A program made the translations under genes and the position numbers. DNA of 64,000 bases, from positions 9,837 to 73,836 of the forward strand of contig JAGLDK010000008.1 of the NCBI GenBank assembly GCA_023145615.1, written 5' to 3'. The stretch comes from Ichthyobacteriaceae bacterium (GTDB lineage Bacteria > Bacteroidota > Bacteroidia > Flavobacteriales > JADGDT01). Numbering within the stretch: the first letter of the stretch is position 1; every line of letters begins with the position of its first letter. A model generated the notes under the pieces. The model worked only from the letters and a program-made list of their open reading frames with translations. It was not told where the DNA came from and made no database searches. This document shows, piece after piece, positions 9,961-20,317 of this stretch.

Positions 9961-12615
9961 TTAAAAGTTAACTCTTACTGTAAAATTGAAGTTTCTACCC
10001 CAACCCATAAAACCAACAAAATTTTCTCTCAAGTGATCTTTACCATCAACTCCTTCAGCCATATATTCAGCATCTAACACATTATATACATTTACACCTG
10101 CATACATATCTAAAGTATTAAACATAAAATCATAACCAACTGTCATATCTAAAGTATTGAACGATGGAATTTCGAATGATTGCTCTCTATCAGCAACCAC
10201 CCCTTCGCTTACCATTCTTGACTTTACATCAAAAGAAGAATAAAAGTTTGTATTATAATTCCAGTTTGCACTAATAAACATTCCTTTTGCAGGTTTAACT
10301 TTAGCAGTTAATCCGAATTGAGTTTGAGGAGCATCAGCAACTTTTAATCCATCTAATGCAACAATAACATCTTTTTCAATTAAAGTTTGATCCTGAGAAT
10401 CTACCACATCAGTTGTAGGGTCGTTCGTATACTCCCAATTTCCTACCGATGCAAAAGCACCAATATCAAAATAACTACTAATATTATAATTTGCCTCTAA
10501 TTCAATACCGATATGCGTTTGAGATAAATCGGTAAAATTAGCTGTAGCTCTTTTTTTAACCATATCACCATCAACCAATGCTTTATAATCGTAAGTAGCT
10601 GATAAATATCTGTCGGACCATTGAGTGTAATAAGCATTTACCTTAACTGCAATTTTCTCACTTCTGAAACCATAACCAACTTCTCCAGCTATAATTTTTT
10701 CATTATTCAAGTTTTTATTAACATCATTTCTATAATTTATAAAAACAGCATTAATAAAAGGTGCTCTAGAATAATAGCCCAAATTAACGTAAACATTATT
10801 ATTATCGTTCAGGTTATAATTCGACCCTAACTTAAAGTTATATCCTAAACTTGTAACCTCATCAGCATTCTCTACTTTTGCATAACTAAAATAATCGGTT
10901 CTGTTATACCAATTATTCGATACTGATGCTGTTGCAAATACCGATACCGCTTCTGTACCATATTCTAACTGAGAAAACAAACCACCGTAACTTACCTTTC
11001 CAACACTATTAAAGTCAACTATATCGCCAACCTGTGCATCTACATTACCCGATCTTTTAGAATCGTTCCAACCATTAGCACCTAATAAATCTTTAACCTG
11101 ACGGTAATGTTCTCCAGTATATGTACGAGCATCAATACCAACCATTAAGTTTAAATCATCAGTTAACTCATTTTTGTATGTTGATAAAACACCATACCAA
11201 CTATGATTATTCATTGAATTAACCAAAATCATTGCGGCATTACCCTTTCCTTCCTTTTCTTCTGCAGCTAACTGTCTGTTTGTTTCAATAACCTTGGCCC
11301 AATCTTGTCGTAAAGTACCATTATCATCAAACTGTCCATTATCATCAAATTTTTCTTTCGGAACATTATACTTCCAGTTACCATTTGTTCCGTCTTCTAA
11401 ACTAAAACCTCTACCTACAATACCTGATCCACCACCTGAACCAAAAGAAGCATAAGCCGAAGTTGTAATAATTTGCCCATCAGTAATATGCCAAATCCAA
11501 TTTAAACCAAGTTGTGGTTTATGATAAAAGTTCTCGCTTTCGTTTGTTAACTGACTTTGAGATGTATATCCCCAATTGGCATTATATGATCTATCAATAG
11601 TTTCGTAATCTTCGTAAGAAAACATACTGTATTTTCCACCCGGACGCTTACCGTGTACTTGTGGTGCACCTGAAGCTGTAAAAAGCAAGGTATGATTATC
11701 ACCTAATTTCTGAGATGCTGTAAAAAAGTAAGAATAAACATTAGCCCAAGTTTGCTCAATATATCCAGTACCTTGAGTTTTTGATAAAACCATTGTAGCA
11801 GCAAAACCTGACTCTAACAAACCTGTTGATAAACCTACCTTAGTTTTATACATACCATAATTAGTAGATGATCCTTCAACAAATCCACCAGCTTCTGATT
11901 CTGATGGCTTAGTAAGAATATTCATAGTACCACCAACCGAGTTTACGGCTAATTTAGATGCTCCTAAACCTCTTTGAACTTGTATTGAACGTGTTGCATC
12001 CGAAAGTCCTGCCCAGTTACTCCAGTAAACTTTACCATTTTCCATGTCGTTTACAGGAATTCCATTAACCATAACCGCAATATTTTCTTGAGAAAAACCA
12101 CGAATGTTTATTTTAGAATCTCCTACTCCTCCACCCGATTTGGTAGCATATACACCAGGTGTAGTTTTCATAATTTCGGGTAATTCCTGAGAACCTAATT
12201 CTTGTTGAATTTGTTTCGATGAAATTGTTGAAACAGCAACAGGAGTTTTTCTATCAACTGCAACATCGGCAACTAATAAAACTTCTTGCAAACCAACAGC
12301 ATCGGCATACATGTCAACTTGCCCTATTTTTGTAACAGAACCTTCTGAAACAGAAAATGGAACTTCAATTGTAGAATATCCCATAAACGACAATTCTAAA
12401 ATACCACTAGCAGTTGAAACCGAAATTTCAAAAGATCCATCAAGCTTTGTAGTAATTCCGTTTGATGTACCTTTTTCAATAACATTGGCTCCTACCATAA
12501 CATCATTCATATCAGCATCCCAAGCAGTACCTTTTACAATACCCTGAGAAAATCCAAAAATGGAAATTAACATAAGTACCGCTGATAAATAAAATTTAGC
12601 AATAGTCATTCTCAT
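9961..12615 (-). CDS. TonB-dependent receptor with CarboxypepD_reg-like N-terminal domain
   Basis: 884 aa with a signal peptide, a carboxypeptidase-regulatory-like domain, a plug (..KINIRGFSQENIAVMVNGIPVND..) and the barrel terminus ..FNFTVRVNF. Confidence 0.9.
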   Translation of the reverse strand: MRMTIAKFYLSAVLMLISIFGFSQGIVKGTAWDADMNDVMVGANVIEKGTSNGITTKLDGSFEISVSTASGILELSFMGYSTIEVPFSVSEGSVTKIGQVDMYADAVGLQEVLLVADVAVDRKTPVAVSTISSKQIQQELGSQELPEIMKTTPGVYATKSGGGVGDSKINIRGFSQENIAVMVNGIPVNDMENGKVYWSNWAGLSDATRSIQVQRGLGASKLAVNSVGGTMNILTKPSESEAGGFVEGSSTNYGMYKTKVGLSTGLLESGFAATMVLSKTQGTGYIEQTWANVYSYFFTASQKLGDNHTLLFTASGAPQVHGKRPGGKYSMFSYEDYETIDRSYNANWGYTSQSQLTNESENFYHKPQLGLNWIWHITDGQIITTSAYASFGSGGGSGIVGRGFSLEDGTNGNWKYNVPKEKFDDNGQFDDNGTLRQDWAKVIETNRQLAAEEKEGKGNAAMILVNSMNNHSWYGVLSTYKNELTDDLNLMVGIDARTYTGEHYRQVKDLLGANGWNDSKRSGNVDAQVGDIVDFNSVGKVSYGGLFSQLEYGTEAVSVFATASVSNNWYNRTDYFSYAKVENADEVTSLGYNFKLGSNYNLNDNNNVYVNLGYYSRAPFINAVFINYRNDVNKNLNNEKIIAGEVGYGFRSEKIAVKVNAYYTQWSDRYLSATYDYKALVDGDMVKKRATANFTDLSQTHIGIELEANYNISSYFDIGAFASVGNWEYTNDPTTDVVDSQDQTLIEKDVIVALDGLKVADAPQTQFGLTAKVKPAKGMFISANWNYNTNFYSSFDVKSRMVSEGVVADREQSFEIPSFNTLDMTVGYDFMFNTLDMYAGVNVYNVLDAEYMAEGVDGKDHLRENFVGFMGWGRNFNFTVRVNF

Positions 12616-13281
12616 AATTTAATAGTTAATTGGTTAAAATAAATCAATAGTTATATATTAAAAACTTGTTATAAAATGCATACCTATATAATACTGTAAC
12701 TGAAACTGAAAATAATTATCATTGCTTAACAAAAAACAATAATGATTTCAACTTATTTAAGTGCAACTAATGTTAAAAAACACTCATTTAATTACACTAT
12801 AATACTGATTAACATGAATTTACTACTTATTCTTTAGAAAGTGCAAAAATATTTAAAATTAATATAACTACATATATCGTAAACCTTACAACTTAAAACC
12901 ATTATACTTTACATTTATGAAAGTGTATTTTCAATAAATATCAATTCATTAAAATAATGAAACTTGTACTAAAAAAACACCTCTTATTTTTTAAATAAAT
13001 ACACGTTTATCCTTAAAAATATGATGTTTGTCATAAAGTTTAAGCTTTTATACCTGCTAAATATTTATTATGTGTGTGTTTTTTAACTAAAATTGAGAAA
13101 CTACACCTATATATTATGTTAATAACTCAATATAATTTATGTGGAAGTAATTATTAAACTATTTAATAAAAGTTTAATAAGTTATTATATGTTACTTAAT
13201 AGATGTAACATATAATAATGAATAATAATGAAAAGAAATTGCACGTAAATTATACTTATATCTCTGATATTCAAATCGGTG

Positions 13282-13312
13282 TTGTGTAATAACAAAATTA
13301 TATCTACTTTTG
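13282..13312 (+). promoter_or_regulatory. Candidate rpsA promoter (TTG -33 / TACTTTTG -7)
   Basis: TTG at 13282-13284 and TACTTTTG at 13305-13312, with a 20-nt spacer. This fits the Bacteroidota TTG-N17-23-TAnnTTTG consensus and leaves a ~118-nt leader. Confidence 0.45.
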
Positions 13313-13429
13313 CACACCTTTTAGCGGTAATTAGGAATTAAAGGGTTGAAAATTAATTATTTAACATTCTCTCAGAAGTATTCGTTTATTCCTATAAAAT
13401 AACTGAGATACAAAACAAAATTTTCCAAC

Positions 13430-15199
13430 ATGTCAGAGGAAAATAAAAATATCGAAGAGCAAGACCAATTCGCAAATTTTGATTGGGCAGCTTATGAAGC
13501 AGGAATTGAAGATCAAAATCCTGAAGTTAGAAAAGAAATGGAAGAGCTTTATGCTCAATCTCTTGGTGACGTAAATGAAAGTGATGTAGTAGACGGACTA
13601 GTAGTACGTATTACTGACAGAGATGCTATCATTGACATCAACTCGAAGTCTGAAGGAGTTATTTCTCTTAACGAATTCCGTTACAACGCTAATTTAGCTG
13701 TTGGAGATAAAGTTGAAGTTCTTGTTGACAAAAAAGAAGACAGAAACGGACAGTTAGTACTTTCTCACCGTAAGGCTCGTGCTATTAAGGCTTGGGAAAA
13801 TGTTAACAAAGCTCACGATGAAGGAACAATTGTTAATGGTTTCGTAAAATGTAGAACTAAAGGTGGTATGATTGTTGATGTATTCGGTATCGAAGCATTC
13901 TTACCAGGTTCTCAAATTGACGTTAAGCCTATCCGCGATTACGATCAGTATGTTGAGAAGAACATGGAATTCAAAGTTGTTAAAATTAACCACGAATTCA
14001 AAAACGTTGTTGTTTCTCACAAAGCACTTATTGAAGCCGATCTTGAAATCCAGAAGAAGGAAATCATTTCTCAGTTAGAGAAAGGACAAGTTCTTGAAGG
14101 AACTGTTAAGAACATTACTTCTTACGGTGTATTTATCGATTTAGGTGGTGTTGACGGATTGATTCACATTACTGACCTTTCTTGGTCAAGAATCAACCAC
14201 CCATCAGAAGTTGTTGAATTAGATCAGAAACTTAATGTTGTAATCTTAGACTTTGATGAGGCTAAGACTCGTATCCAACTTGGATTAAAACAACTACAGG
14301 CTCACCCTTGGGATGCTCTTGACGGAGAATTAAAAATAGGTGATACTATAAAAGGTAAAGTAGTAGTACTTGCTGATTATGGTGCGTTTGTAGAGATTGC
14401 TCCAGGTGTTGAAGGATTAGTACACGTTTCTGAAATGTCTTGGTCTACTCACTTACGTTCTGCTCAAGATTTCGTAAAAGTTGGTGATCAGTTAGAAGCA
14501 CAAATTCTTACGTTAGATAGAGATGACAGAAAAATGTCTCTTGGTATTAAACAATTATCTCAAGATCCTTGGGCTAATATTACTGAGAAATATCCTGTTG
14601 CTTCTAAGCACCAAGGTATTGTACGTAACTTTACAAACTTCGGAGTATTTGTTGAATTGGAAGAAGGAATTGACGGACTTATCTACATCTCAGACCTATC
14701 TTGGACTAAGAAAGTTAAGCACCCATCTGATTTCTGTGAAATAGGACAAAAATTAGATATTCAGGTTCTTGAATTAGATACTAAATCTCGTCGTTTGTCT
14801 CTTTCTCACAAGCACACTCAAGAAAATCCTTGGGATAAATACGAAGCAAAATATACTCTTAACACAGTAATTTCTGCTACTATTAACGAAGCTAACGATA
14901 AAGGAGCTACTGTAATTCTTGATGAAGGTGTTGAAGGATTTATTCCATCTCGTCACCTTGTAAAAGAAGACGGAAAGTCAATCGTAAAAGGAGAAACTGC
15001 TGAATTTAAAGTAATTGAATTCAACAAAGATCTTAAGCGTATCGTTCTTTCTCACACAAATATCTTCAAAGAAATTGAAGCTAAGAATGTGAAAGAAAAC
15101 AAATCAAAAGCTACTACTAATAACGATTCTGAAAAATCTACTTTAGGTGATTTAGACGCATTAGCAGCATTAAAAAAGAAAATGGAAGAAGGGAAGTAA
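13430..15199 (+). CDS. rpsA: 30S ribosomal protein S1
   Basis: 589 aa with six tandem S1 (OB-fold) repeats, recognisable from the recurring G.V....G.FV.....G..GL.H.S motifs. Confidence 0.95.
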   Translation: MSEENKNIEEQDQFANFDWAAYEAGIEDQNPEVRKEMEELYAQSLGDVNESDVVDGLVVRITDRDAIIDINSKSEGVISLNEFRYNANLAVGDKVEVLVDKKEDRNGQLVLSHRKARAIKAWENVNKAHDEGTIVNGFVKCRTKGGMIVDVFGIEAFLPGSQIDVKPIRDYDQYVEKNMEFKVVKINHEFKNVVVSHKALIEADLEIQKKEIISQLEKGQVLEGTVKNITSYGVFIDLGGVDGLIHITDLSWSRINHPSEVVELDQKLNVVILDFDEAKTRIQLGLKQLQAHPWDALDGELKIGDTIKGKVVVLADYGAFVEIAPGVEGLVHVSEMSWSTHLRSAQDFVKVGDQLEAQILTLDRDDRKMSLGIKQLSQDPWANITEKYPVASKHQGIVRNFTNFGVFVELEEGIDGLIYISDLSWTKKVKHPSDFCEIGQKLDIQVLELDTKSRRLSLSHKHTQENPWDKYEAKYTLNTVISATINEANDKGATVILDEGVEGFIPSRHLVKEDGKSIVKGETAEFKVIEFNKDLKRIVLSHTNIFKEIEAKNVKENKSKATTNNDSEKSTLGDLDALAALKKKMEEGK

Positions 15200-15230
15200 T
15201 TCTCAGAATTCATATTCTAAATAAAGCTTT

Positions 15231-15266
15231 AAAGCCTGTACCATTTTATGGTGCAGGCTTTTTTTA
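15231..15266 (+). terminator. Rho-independent terminator of rpsA
   Basis: AAAGCCTGTACC ATTTTA TGGTGCAGGCTTT hairpin (one G-U pair) followed by T7. Confidence 0.8.
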
Positions 15267-15585
15267 TATAAAAAAAGATATGATTTTTATTGTTTCGAAG
15301 TTATCATAGCCTCACAAACTTACTATTAAGTGCCATGACACAATTATTTGTGTACGAAAATTTAAACGAGTTTTTATACGTGCTAGATAATTAACCATTA
15401 CTTAAATTCAACCTTATATTCAACTAATAAATACAGTTTATTCAATAATATAAAACTCACACTTAAAACATGCTCTTAAACAATCAAATATGCGTTTAAT
15501 AGCAATACTAATTACCTAATACAAAGAATTTTAGTAACTTGAAAACAATATAGATATATTACATTAATAATTAATACATATAAGT

Positions 15586-16278
15586 ATGTTGTTATCAAAA
15601 AAATTAGGAGCTGAATTTCTAGGTACTTTTTGGTTAGTGTTTGGAGGAACAGGAAGTGCAGTTTTAGCAGCTGGGTTTCCAGATGTTGGTATCGGACTTT
15701 TAGGAGTTTCGTTAGCCTTTGGACTTACAGTACTAACATGGGTTTATGCTTTTGGACACATTTCTGGAGGTCATCTTAATCCTGCGGTTTCAATTGGACT
15801 ATGGATGGGAGGACGATTTTCATCATCAGAATTAGTACCGTATATAATATCTCAAGTACTTGGTGGAATTGCAGCATCAGGAGCCTTGTATTTAATTGCA
15901 AGTGGTATTGACAGTTTTACGTTAACCGATGGTTTTGCATCAAATGGATACGGAATACACTCGCCTGGTGGATACTCGTTAATGTCGGTTTTTGTAGCCG
16001 AATTTATATTAACATTTATATTCCTGATGATAATACTTGGAGCAACCGATGATAGAGCACCAAAAGGATTTGCACCTTTAACAATAGGTTTAGCATTAAC
16101 TTTAATACACTTAATAAGTATACCTGTATCAAATACATCTGTTAACCCTGCAAGAAGTTTGGCACCAGCTTTATTTGTTGGAGATTGGGCTTTAGCACAA
16201 GTTTGGGTATTTATTTTAGCGCCAATTTTAGGAGCTATTGTAGCAGGTTTAGTGTATAAATTTTTTAAAGAAGAATAG
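15586..16278 (+). CDS. aqpZ: Aquaporin Z
   Basis: 230 aa MIP-family protein with two NPA boxes (HLNPAVS, SVNPARS) and the AqpZ-like N-terminus [16 protein letters not shown]. Confidence 0.9.
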   Translation: MLLSKKLGAEFLGTFWLVFGGTGSAVLAAGFPDVGIGLLGVSLAFGLTVLTWVYAFGHISGGHLNPAVSIGLWMGGRFSSSELVPYIISQVLGGIAASGALYLIASGIDSFTLTDGFASNGYGIHSPGGYSLMSVFVAEFILTFIFLMIILGATDDRAPKGFAPLTIGLALTLIHLISIPVSNTSVNPARSLAPALFVGDWALAQVWVFILAPILGAIVAGLVYKFFKEE

Positions 16279-16314
16279 TGTTTATATAAAAACATAAATA
16301 TAACTTAATAAAAT

Positions 16315-16686
16315 ATGGAAGTAGCAATTATTGCACATGATGGTAAGAAAGCTGAAATGGTTTCATTTCTGATGAAGTATTACGAATTATTAAACAAAAA
16401 AAACATACAATTAATTTCAACCGGAACAACTGGTGTACATGCTGAAAAAGCTGGATTAAAAGTAACTAAATTTCAATCGGGTCCTATTGGTGGAGATGCA
16501 GAAATAGCAGCAAGAGTTGTACAAGGACATGTTAAAATGGTTTTGTTTTTCAGAGATCCATTAGGTAAACATCCACACGAACCAGATGTTGCTATGCTTA
16601 TGAGATTATGCGATGTGCATAATGTACCGCTAGCTACTAATCCGGCAACTGCCGATTTACTTATAAATTCAATTAATGAATTATAA
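16315..16686 (+). CDS. mgsA: Methylglyoxal synthase
   Basis: 123 aa with the motifs IAHDGKK, STGTTG, GPIGGD and PHEPDV that are conserved in MgsA. Confidence 0.9.
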   Translation: MEVAIIAHDGKKAEMVSFLMKYYELLNKKNIQLISTGTTGVHAEKAGLKVTKFQSGPIGGDAEIAARVVQGHVKMVLFFRDPLGKHPHEPDVAMLMRLCDVHNVPLATNPATADLLINSINEL

Positions 16687-16825
16687 GATTTCTTGTAGTT
16701 AAAAATAAATTTTCTGATTTAGTAAATAGTTTAGTTGTAGAAGTTTTTATTAACACTGTTTTTATTATCAGTGATGGGGCTAACAATCAATAATTATTCT
16801 ATAAATTTCATCAGATAACCAAATT

Positions 16826-16861
16826 AAAAAAAAGCTAGAGAATTATCTCTAGCTTTTTTTT
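16826..16861. terminator. Bidirectional rho-independent terminator
   Basis: AGCTAGAGA ATTA TCTCTAGCT hairpin flanked by A8 and T8. It lies between convergent mgsA and the last gene of the polysaccharide locus. Confidence 0.85.
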
Positions 16862-16886
16862 AACCTTAAATTTAAGTTCTATAAAA

Positions 16887-18242
16887 TTAATCCTTTTTTA
16901 ATATTCTTTTTAATTGAGTGGTTGATATTCCTTTAGTTCTAGGTAAATAATCTACATCACAATAATCTTTCAAAAAATCAAATTCACCTTTCCAATCATC
17001 TCCCATTACAAAAACATCTATATTGTATTTTTTAACATTATCTATCTTCTGATTCCAATTTTTTTCGGGTATTACCTTATGTACATAACTTAATGACTCA
17101 AGCAATTCTTTTCTTTTTTCGTAACTATGGATACAAGTTTTTCCTTTTTCTAAATTAAATTCATCAGTTGATAAGCCAACTATTAATTTAGTACCGTAGC
17201 TTTTTGCACGTCTAAGAATTTCTAAATGACCATAATGTAATAAATCAAAAGTTCCATAAGTTAAAATAACTTTTTCTCTTTGAATAACTAGATCTTCAAA
17301 ATCAATATCAATTATACCTGTTTTATCTAAAAAAGCCTTTTTAACCACTTTTAAAAGTGGCAATCTGTTTATAACTTTATCAGGAACTATATCTAAAATC
17401 ATATCTAACGATTTTTTACCTTCTAAAACTACACTATTATCACTATCACTATAAAAACCTTTACCCATTAACAAACCTAATGTTCTGTTTCTACTTAAAT
17501 CGTTTAACGATGTTAAACCTAAGTCTCCAAAACCACAACTCAAATTTATTGTGCTTTCATCTCCTCCTAAACTTTTAAGTAATACTATAATTTCGTTAAA
17601 TGATTTTGTAAGAACTAAAAAACGAGTATTTGCCGAATTGTATTTAGCATCAGTATAACCCACTAAAATAGCATATATATTTTTCAATACACTTAGCACT
17701 TCCACCCCAGTTATATCAGTTGTTGTATCAATAAAAACATTAGTACCTTTTATTATTTCAATAATTGATTTATGATTTTCTCTTTTACTATATCCAAGTG
17801 TAAATATCGAATTTGAACCATGAATTAATTCACTTGCAAAAGTTGGACCTTTTAAGGTTATTACATCACAATTTGGTAATACTTGTTTTACATAATCAAC
17901 AATATTAATTTCTTTTGAAATTAAACCTTTAGCCAAATTAACAATCAATGTTCCATCTGAAATAAACATTTTATTGTTTTCAAAAAACTCACCTATAGAA
18001 GAAGAAGGAATTGCAATAAATATAATATCAAAATCTTTTAGTTTTGATAAATCTGAGCTAGCATATAATTTATCGCTTAAAAAGGTATTTGGAAATACTT
18101 TTGTGTTTTTATTTTTATTATTTATTTCATCTACCTTAAAATAATCTGTAGAAAACAGACATACAGCATTATTTTTATTAATTGTTAAACTATTACCTAA
18201 CGCAGTACCGAATTGTCCGGCTCCAATAATTGCTATCTTCAT
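16887..18242 (-). CDS. Fusion protein: NAD(P)H-dependent glycerol-3-phosphate dehydrogenase (GpsA-like) + glycerol-3-phosphate cytidylyltransferase (TagD-like)
   Basis: 451 aa. Residues 1-~320 are GpsA-like (MKIAIIGAGQFGTALG, ..LKGPTFASE.., ..GVEVLSVLKNIYAI.., ..GDLGLTS..SRNR). Residues ~322-451 are TagD-like (ILTYGTFDLLHYGHLEILRRAK.., ..VFVMGDDWKGEFDFL.., RTKGISTT). Confidence 0.8.
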   Translation of the reverse strand: MKIAIIGAGQFGTALGNSLTINKNNAVCLFSTDYFKVDEINNKNKNTKVFPNTFLSDKLYASSDLSKLKDFDIIFIAIPSSSIGEFFENNKMFISDGTLIVNLAKGLISKEINIVDYVKQVLPNCDVITLKGPTFASELIHGSNSIFTLGYSKRENHKSIIEIIKGTNVFIDTTTDITGVEVLSVLKNIYAILVGYTDAKYNSANTRFLVLTKSFNEIIVLLKSLGGDESTINLSCGFGDLGLTSLNDLSRNRTLGLLMGKGFYSDSDNSVVLEGKKSLDMILDIVPDKVINRLPLLKVVKKAFLDKTGIIDIDFEDLVIQREKVILTYGTFDLLHYGHLEILRRAKSYGTKLIVGLSTDEFNLEKGKTCIHSYEKRKELLESLSYVHKVIPEKNWNQKIDNVKKYNIDVFVMGDDWKGEFDFLKDYCDVDYLPRTKGISTTQLKRILKKD

Positions 18243-18473
18243 TTATTTTATTTTAGTGTGTAGTAAAAGATACAAAATATCAACAAATAACTAACTCAGC
18301 ATTTATATAAATACTGAATTAATTACTCATTAATATTTTATTTATACTTATAAAAAATATGTATTATTTAATACTAAATAACAATTAATACTTCGATTAA
18401 AGATATATAACTTTATATGTAACAAAGTAAACTCCGTTTATATTTTCTTCAAAAAAAACACACCAAAATCAAG

Positions 18474-19214
18474 TTATTTAATTTTTTTACCCGGTACACC
18501 TACAATAGTATCTCCATCCGATACATCTTTTATTACAACTGCACCCGCACCAATTACAACCCATTTACCAATTTTCATACCCTGTATAACTGTTGTTCCA
18601 GCACCTATATGAGTTCCTTCTCCAACTTCAACGCTTCCACACAAATTTGCTCCAGGCGATATATGCACGTAATCATGAATTACACAATCATGATCAACAG
18701 ACGATAATGTATTTATTATACAGTGTTTACCAATTTTTGAAGATGCATTTACAACTGCTCCAGCCATAATAACAGTACCTTCTCCAATTTTGGAAGTTGA
18801 ATCTATAATTGAATCGGGATGAATTGCTGTAGCAAAAGACCCTTTTAAACTATTAGATATTCTTTTACGGGCTTTATTATCTCCTATTGTAATAATAATA
18901 TCCGATTTTACTTTTTGCAAACTTGTATTTTCAACAAAATGCCCCTCTATTTCTTTAACATTATCATCAAAAATTCTAACTACTCCTACCTTCATTAACT
19001 TCAAGATATCGTACACCACTTTCGAATGACCTCCTGCTCCATAAATTACAACTGCATCATCCTTAGTTTTTTCTTCTGATGAAATTTTTACAGGAATATA
19101 TTTTGTTGGAGTAAAAGTTGGTACATCATACGTAATAGCCTTGCTACGCCTGAGCATCAACACGTCAACCTTTTTTGCTTTCGATCCTAGATTTATAATT
19201 CTTGTCATATCCAC
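18474..19214 (-). CDS. NeuD/PglD-family sugar N-acetyltransferase (left-handed beta-helix)
   Basis: 246 aa with the motif VVIYGAGGHSKVV followed by hexapeptide repeats. The ORF opens with GTG at 19214 (first ATG 19208) and carries an unusual ~55-aa N-terminal extension, so the true start is uncertain. Confidence 0.75.
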   Translation of the reverse strand: MDMTRIINLGSKAKKVDVLMLRRSKAITYDVPTFTPTKYIPVKISSEEKTKDDAVVIYGAGGHSKVVYDILKLMKVGVVRIFDDNVKEIEGHFVENTSLQKVKSDIIITIGDNKARKRISNSLKGSFATAIHPDSIIDSTSKIGEGTVIMAGAVVNASSKIGKHCIINTLSSVDHDCVIHDYVHISPGANLCGSVEVGEGTHIGAGTTVIQGMKIGKWVVIGAGAVVIKDVSDGDTIVGVPGKKIK

Positions 19215-19457
19215 ACCTTTTAAATATGAATTTGCATTACACTCCTATTATTTACAGTAACAAATAATTATATTTAACATTAAATTCACAAATAAATTTA
19301 AAATTCAACATTATTAGTTACTTAAACTAATAATTGACAAAACACTGCTACAACAAAAAAACATTAAAAACACAACAACTTACGCTTTCAGCTTCCTTTA
19401 TAAGTAATTAAACCAATCATTTATTATAATATTTACACATACAAATTAATATTATTT

Positions 19458-20066
19458 TCAAACTTCACTTCCTTTAAAAGCAACCATAGTAGCATGTCCA
19501 TCGCTACTAATTCCTTCACTTTTAAACACTTTCCAAACAGTCATTAAAATCACTTTAATATCTAGTAAAAACGAAATATTATCAACATACCAAACATCAT
19601 AATCAAATTTCTTTTCCCACGATATGGTATTTCGTCCATTTACTTGTGCCCACCCCGAAATTCCAGGACGAACTTCATGTCGACGTTTTTGAGTTTTATT
19701 ATACAATGGTAAATACTGTACCAATAATGGCCTAGGACCAATTAAACTCATATCTCCTTTTATAACATTTAACAATTGGGGAATTTCATCAAGCGATATT
19801 TTGCGTATAAAACTTCCTACTATTGTTAATCTTTCGGCATCGAGCAACAACTCTCCATCCAAACCTCTTTCGTCAGTCATAGTTTTAAACTTTATAACTT
19901 TAAAAATCTTATTATCCTTACCCGGACGAGGTTGTAAAAAAAATGGAGTGCCTTTATTTGCAATAAAAAGCAACAACATTACTATTACAAATACCGGACT
20001 GATGATAATAAATGCCAAACTAGATAAAGTAAAATCTACAATTCGTTTTATTAAAATTCTATACAT
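19458..20066 (-). CDS. Undecaprenyl-phosphate sugar phosphotransferase (small PglC/WcfS-type initiating transferase)
   Basis: 202 aa with a single N-terminal TM helix and bacterial sugar transferase motifs (..KFKTM.., DEIPQLLNVIKGDMSLIGPRP). Confidence 0.9.
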   Translation of the reverse strand: MYRILIKRIVDFTLSSLAFIIISPVFVIVMLLLFIANKGTPFFLQPRPGKDNKIFKVIKFKTMTDERGLDGELLLDAERLTIVGSFIRKISLDEIPQLLNVIKGDMSLIGPRPLLVQYLPLYNKTQKRRHEVRPGISGWAQVNGRNTISWEKKFDYDVWYVDNISFLLDIKVILMTVWKVFKSEGISSDGHATMVAFKGSEV

Positions 20067-20317
20067 ACAGTTTTGTTTCAGTTCATATTTATATCTGTTT
20101 TTAAATTTGGTATTCTATATTTAACACTTTACTCTTTTTTAATGTTTAGCAACAGTTATGCAATAACTAAGAAATTTTTCAGAAACAACTGTTACAACAC
20201 TTTAATATTGTTTACAACAAAAAATATGATCCTTTAAAAACTCCAAATAAATTATATCATTTTTTTTTAAAGGATTCATATAAAACAAAAAATCAAATAA
20301 TAAACACTGTTGTAATC

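Noticed and set aside
13332-13408. Interleaved complementarity in the rpsA leader that would give a pseudoknot topology. TAGGAAT (13332-13338) pairs with ATTCCTA (13388-13394), and TCTCAG (13370-13375) pairs with CTGAGA (13403-13408).
   Set aside because: The helices are only 6-7 bp in a very AT-rich 118-nt leader, and matches of this size are expected by chance. Covariation data would be needed to support them.
15852-16295. 147-aa minus-strand ORF overlapping aqpZ.
   Set aside because: aqpZ on the plus strand has both NPA boxes and a full-length MIP architecture. The antisense ORF is a shadow frame with no recognisable motifs.
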